A stretch of 64,000 nucleotides of DNA. Source: a virus. Position numbers and translations under genes: made by a program. This document shows positions 60,837-64,000 of the stretch, piece after piece; the stretch's first letter is position 1, and every line of letters begins with the position of its first letter. Where the stretch lies: the IMG/VR virus record IMGVR_UViG_3300006417_000280, one strand, 5' to 3'. Under the pieces are notes generated by a model that did not search any database, had not been told where the DNA came from, and was given only the letters and a program-made list of their open reading frames with translations.

Positions 60837-62295
60837 TCAGATTGTCTTGTTGATGTCCCCCGGGGTGTATTTGAAGTGCTTGCGGGCGAACAGGGACTCG
60901 TACGACTCCTTCCACGAGTTCGTTTTCTCGGCCGTCGTTGGTGTGACGCAACATATCCCGAGCACATGTGTAAGTGTGGCCATCCCCGCTGCCTCCTCGT
61001 CTGGCATCATGCGGACTACGAACTCGTAACCACACCCGTAGTCGGCGTACTCATGCACCGCGTCGAGCCCGTGCTCGTGCAGCTCTTTGAACTGTGCTAT
61101 CGATGGGCCATTTCCCGGGGTCCACACGCTGTAGTAGCGGTATGTCATTCGATCTCCAACTGGTTAAGTAGACGTAGGTGCGTATCCCAATCCCACGTAA
61201 GCACGTCACCCGCATCCAGTCGCACGGGGCCACCATCGGAGATGGTGACGGAGGTATGCCGGCTAAGGATGGTGGCCCGCGCCTGTAGGATCGCGATCCC
61301 GCCCTCCACCACAAGGGCGGAGGTGAGGCCGTGTCCTTCGGCGGGCACCACCAGCTTCACGAGACACCCATGACAATCTGCGCCATCACCATGACGGCAG
61401 GCTCGCACACGTCCTGCGCCGCCTTCCCCGTGAACTTGCAGCGGCCCCAGATGCCAGACTCGACGAACAAAGGGCACTCCTCACAGCGACAATAGGGCGC
61501 GTCTCCGAGCCACTCGGGGCTGATGAGGATCGCGTCTTCGGAGTGCGCGCGGATTCGGACCATAAGTGCATCGATGTCCATCAGGAACCCTCCTCTTCGG
61601 ACGAGCCGTCCTCTTCTACAGGGGTGTTGCGGAAACGCTCACCATAGCCAAGGAGCAAGCCGCCAATCAGCGAGGCGAACAGAGCCGCAAACGAATCAGC
61701 CATAGGCCCTGCCGCCATGTAGCCGCTCGCCCACAAGGCGGACATGCCTATGAGGCCAAGCAACGTGCCCTTGACCTCGCGCCAGCCCTTGCGGCTCACT
61801 TGATCAACCCATGCGCCTGGATGAACTTCAGGAGCGCGACGACCGCCTCCGGTTCGATCCAGATCACTTCGTCGGCCATCGCGAGGTCATGATTGCCCGT
61901 GGTTAGGTAGACCTCTCCCGTCGACGTGACAGTGGCATAGACGCCGTCGCCCAAGTAGGTGTGGGGTTCCAGTGCGGTGTCCATGATCAGTCCTTCAGGT
62001 GGAGATCGAGTTCGATGAGGCTGAAGAGGGTGCGGCATTCCCGAGCCTTGGCTTGGTGGATCTCCACAAGGTCATACACACATGCCTGGTGATATTGGGC
62101 CGCATGGCCATCGTGCGCAGCAGCCCGCTTCTCCAGGAACCGGAGGGTGGCCTCCTTCGTGGCCTTCTCGACACGCTCGCACTCAGCCAGCAAATCCACG
62201 GACAACTGCACGAGCGCAGGGGCCGAATCGCCAAGATGGACGTCCGAGAGGGCAACGGCCTGTTCGACTTGAGCACGGAGCTTGGCGAGGGACAT

Positions 62296-62757
62296 TCAGC
62301 CCTCCTTCTTGCGGGGGATGGGCTTACCCAACAAGTGGGCCTCGATCTGCTCGATGGTCGGGTCGAAGTCCTCGTCCAGCGGCCAGCCAGCTACATTGGC
62401 GTAGACCCTGCGGGCTGTGGCCTCTGCTTCTTGCAGCATGTCGGCCCGACTCCAATTCGGATTCACCGACATGCTCGCCATCAGGCAGGCTTCCACCCAC
62501 TCCTTGTAGGCCGCTTCCCACGCGATGCGGGCCTCACGGATGGTCAAGGGTCGGTTGGGGATGGGCTTGCCCAACACGTGGGCCTCGATCTGCTCGATGG
62601 TCGGGTCGCCCCCGTAGGGCCAGCCAGCCACCCGGGCGTAAGCCTGTCGCGCCGCAACCTGCTTCGGAGAGCCCACGACTTCCGCATCGTAGGCGGCACG
62701 GACTTCTGCGATGGTGGGCTGGCGCCGCAACGCGGCCTCGAAGTCAGCAGTCTGCAT
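62296..62757 (-). CDS. Hypothetical protein with internal duplication
   Basis: YA.VAGWP....DPTIEQIEAH.LGKPIP occurs twice; GGAG RBS. Confidence 0.7.
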   Translation of the reverse strand: MQTADFEAALRRQPTIAEVRAAYDAEVVGSPKQVAARQAYARVAGWPYGGDPTIEQIEAHVLGKPIPNRPLTIREARIAWEAAYKEWVEACLMASMSVNPNWSRADMLQEAEATARRVYANVAGWPLDEDFDPTIEQIEAHLLGKPIPRKKEG

Positions 62758-64000
62758 GGGGGCACTCCTCGTAGGTTTCTCTACACGAAGCGCGCGGCAA
62801 TGGCGTCGAACGCTTCGGTAGGCTGCGAGCAGTCCACGACGACCACGATCCGGTCAGTGGGGTCTTCGGTCATGCCCACGTCGATCGGGGTCACGTCCAC
62901 CAAGGGCCAGCCATCGGTGCACTCGCCATCGATGTAGACGGGGCTGTCGTCAAGCAACGCGCGTTGGACAGGGGTCATCGGGAAATCCAGGGTTGTAGGT
63001 ACTACAAGCAAGTCTCGTAGCCTGAACCGACTATGTCGGCTTCGCGCCTTCCACGACACCGGTCATCTCTGCCGAGTCAAAGGCCTCGGTAGTCCCCGTG
63101 CAGTCCACGCGGGTCATCACCTGGTCAGTCGCATCATCGGACGTGTCCTCAAGAGGCGAGGGCTCGCCATAGTCGATGGTGGGGTATCCGAGTGTCGCGA
63201 GCCTGGTACGTGGGGGGGTCATCTGGAAACATCCATGACGTGGGTCAAAGGCGCACCCTCAGAGGTAACGCTCGTCCGTGAGGTCCATGTTGGCGTCCTC
63301 AAGAACCAGGTCGCCGTCCTCGTTCTCCACGAGGACGTAGCCCCGACTACGGGCAGCCGACTCGAGCTCATCCTCGAGCTGGTCGTCCCCCGTCCGTTCG
63401 TCGTAGAACATGACGATGACCCCTTCATGCGGGGCGTTCTGGATGCGCTTGTGTGCGGTTTTGATCATGATGGACCTCGTCAGTTGAGATGGGCGTCGTA
63501 GAGCGTAGGGTCGTACTCCACGACCTCGCAGGCTTCCAGGAGGGCCTCCGCTTTCCAGATGCACGCGGAGATGCGAAATGCTTCGTCGTGAGCAGCGGCC
63601 CACGCCTCCTGCTCGGTCTCACCCTCGCCGACGGTCACCGCACTGTCGCCCGAGAGGACGACGAAGCGGGTGATGAGGGTGTCGCCAGTGATGTAGGTCA
63701 TTGCCAGGTCTCCAGTGTGCAGTCACTGCACACTACGCTACGGGTGCATGGGACTGAACCGGGCTCAGAGTTCCCAAGGCGGTGTGCCGCCGTGGGTGAC
63801 CCAAAACTGCACGGCCGCAGCCCGGGTGAGCCCGTGCACGACGCTGGGGTGCTGCACCCACGCCCAGCCATCAGGGGGCGGGCCGTCATCGCCGACCGGC
63901 TTGACCGTGTCCCGCGAGTAGCCGCCAGCCTGGCTCCAGTCGGCCCATGGACCCGCCATCGCCTGCCGCCGCCGCTCATCCTCTTCAGCCTGAGCCTTGA

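Noticed and set aside
1..64000. Genome-wide stop codon reassignment
   Set aside because: Recognisable genes are full length in code 11 and all three stops are used at expected ends.

Overview
This window looks like 64 kb of a GC-rich jumbo bacteriophage genome. That is an inference: genes are small, dense and switch strand often, and the window carries CCA-encoding tRNAs, HNH/GIY-YIG nucleases and host-like auxiliary genes, but no terminase, portal or full capsid gene. Recognisable genes include an ADP-ribosylglycohydrolase, a TIGR02452/PARG-like protein, RNase HII, EF-G, a DEDDh exonuclease, a large VWA protein, a YspA/SLOG protein, a BtpA-like protein, a C1 peptidase, a ThyX-like protein, a MazG-like protein, glutamine synthetase II, a Nudix fusion, a metallophosphoesterase, a UvrD helicase and 7 tRNAs. 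The main candidate new system is at 37.3-43.1 kb on the minus strand. An operon of a small beta-rich protein, a MoxR-type AAA ATPase and a HEXXH/VWA protein encloses a translationally coupled array of 14 short, highly divergent Ser/Arg/Trp-rich genes. Twelve of them end in the C-terminal tag [IV]DPL[RG][VLI]L (mostly preceded by GP-x), conserved through synonymous codon changes; the two upstream units carry degenerate tags. Other notable signals are an ochre-suppressor (UUA) tRNA, a Lys(UUU) tRNA on a long-variable-arm body, two recurring promoter motifs, leader-peptide/attenuator-like elements, shared targeting-like peptide motifs on probable late proteins, and capsid-like fragments in accessory proteins. 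All family assignments are from motif recognition by eye, not database searches.
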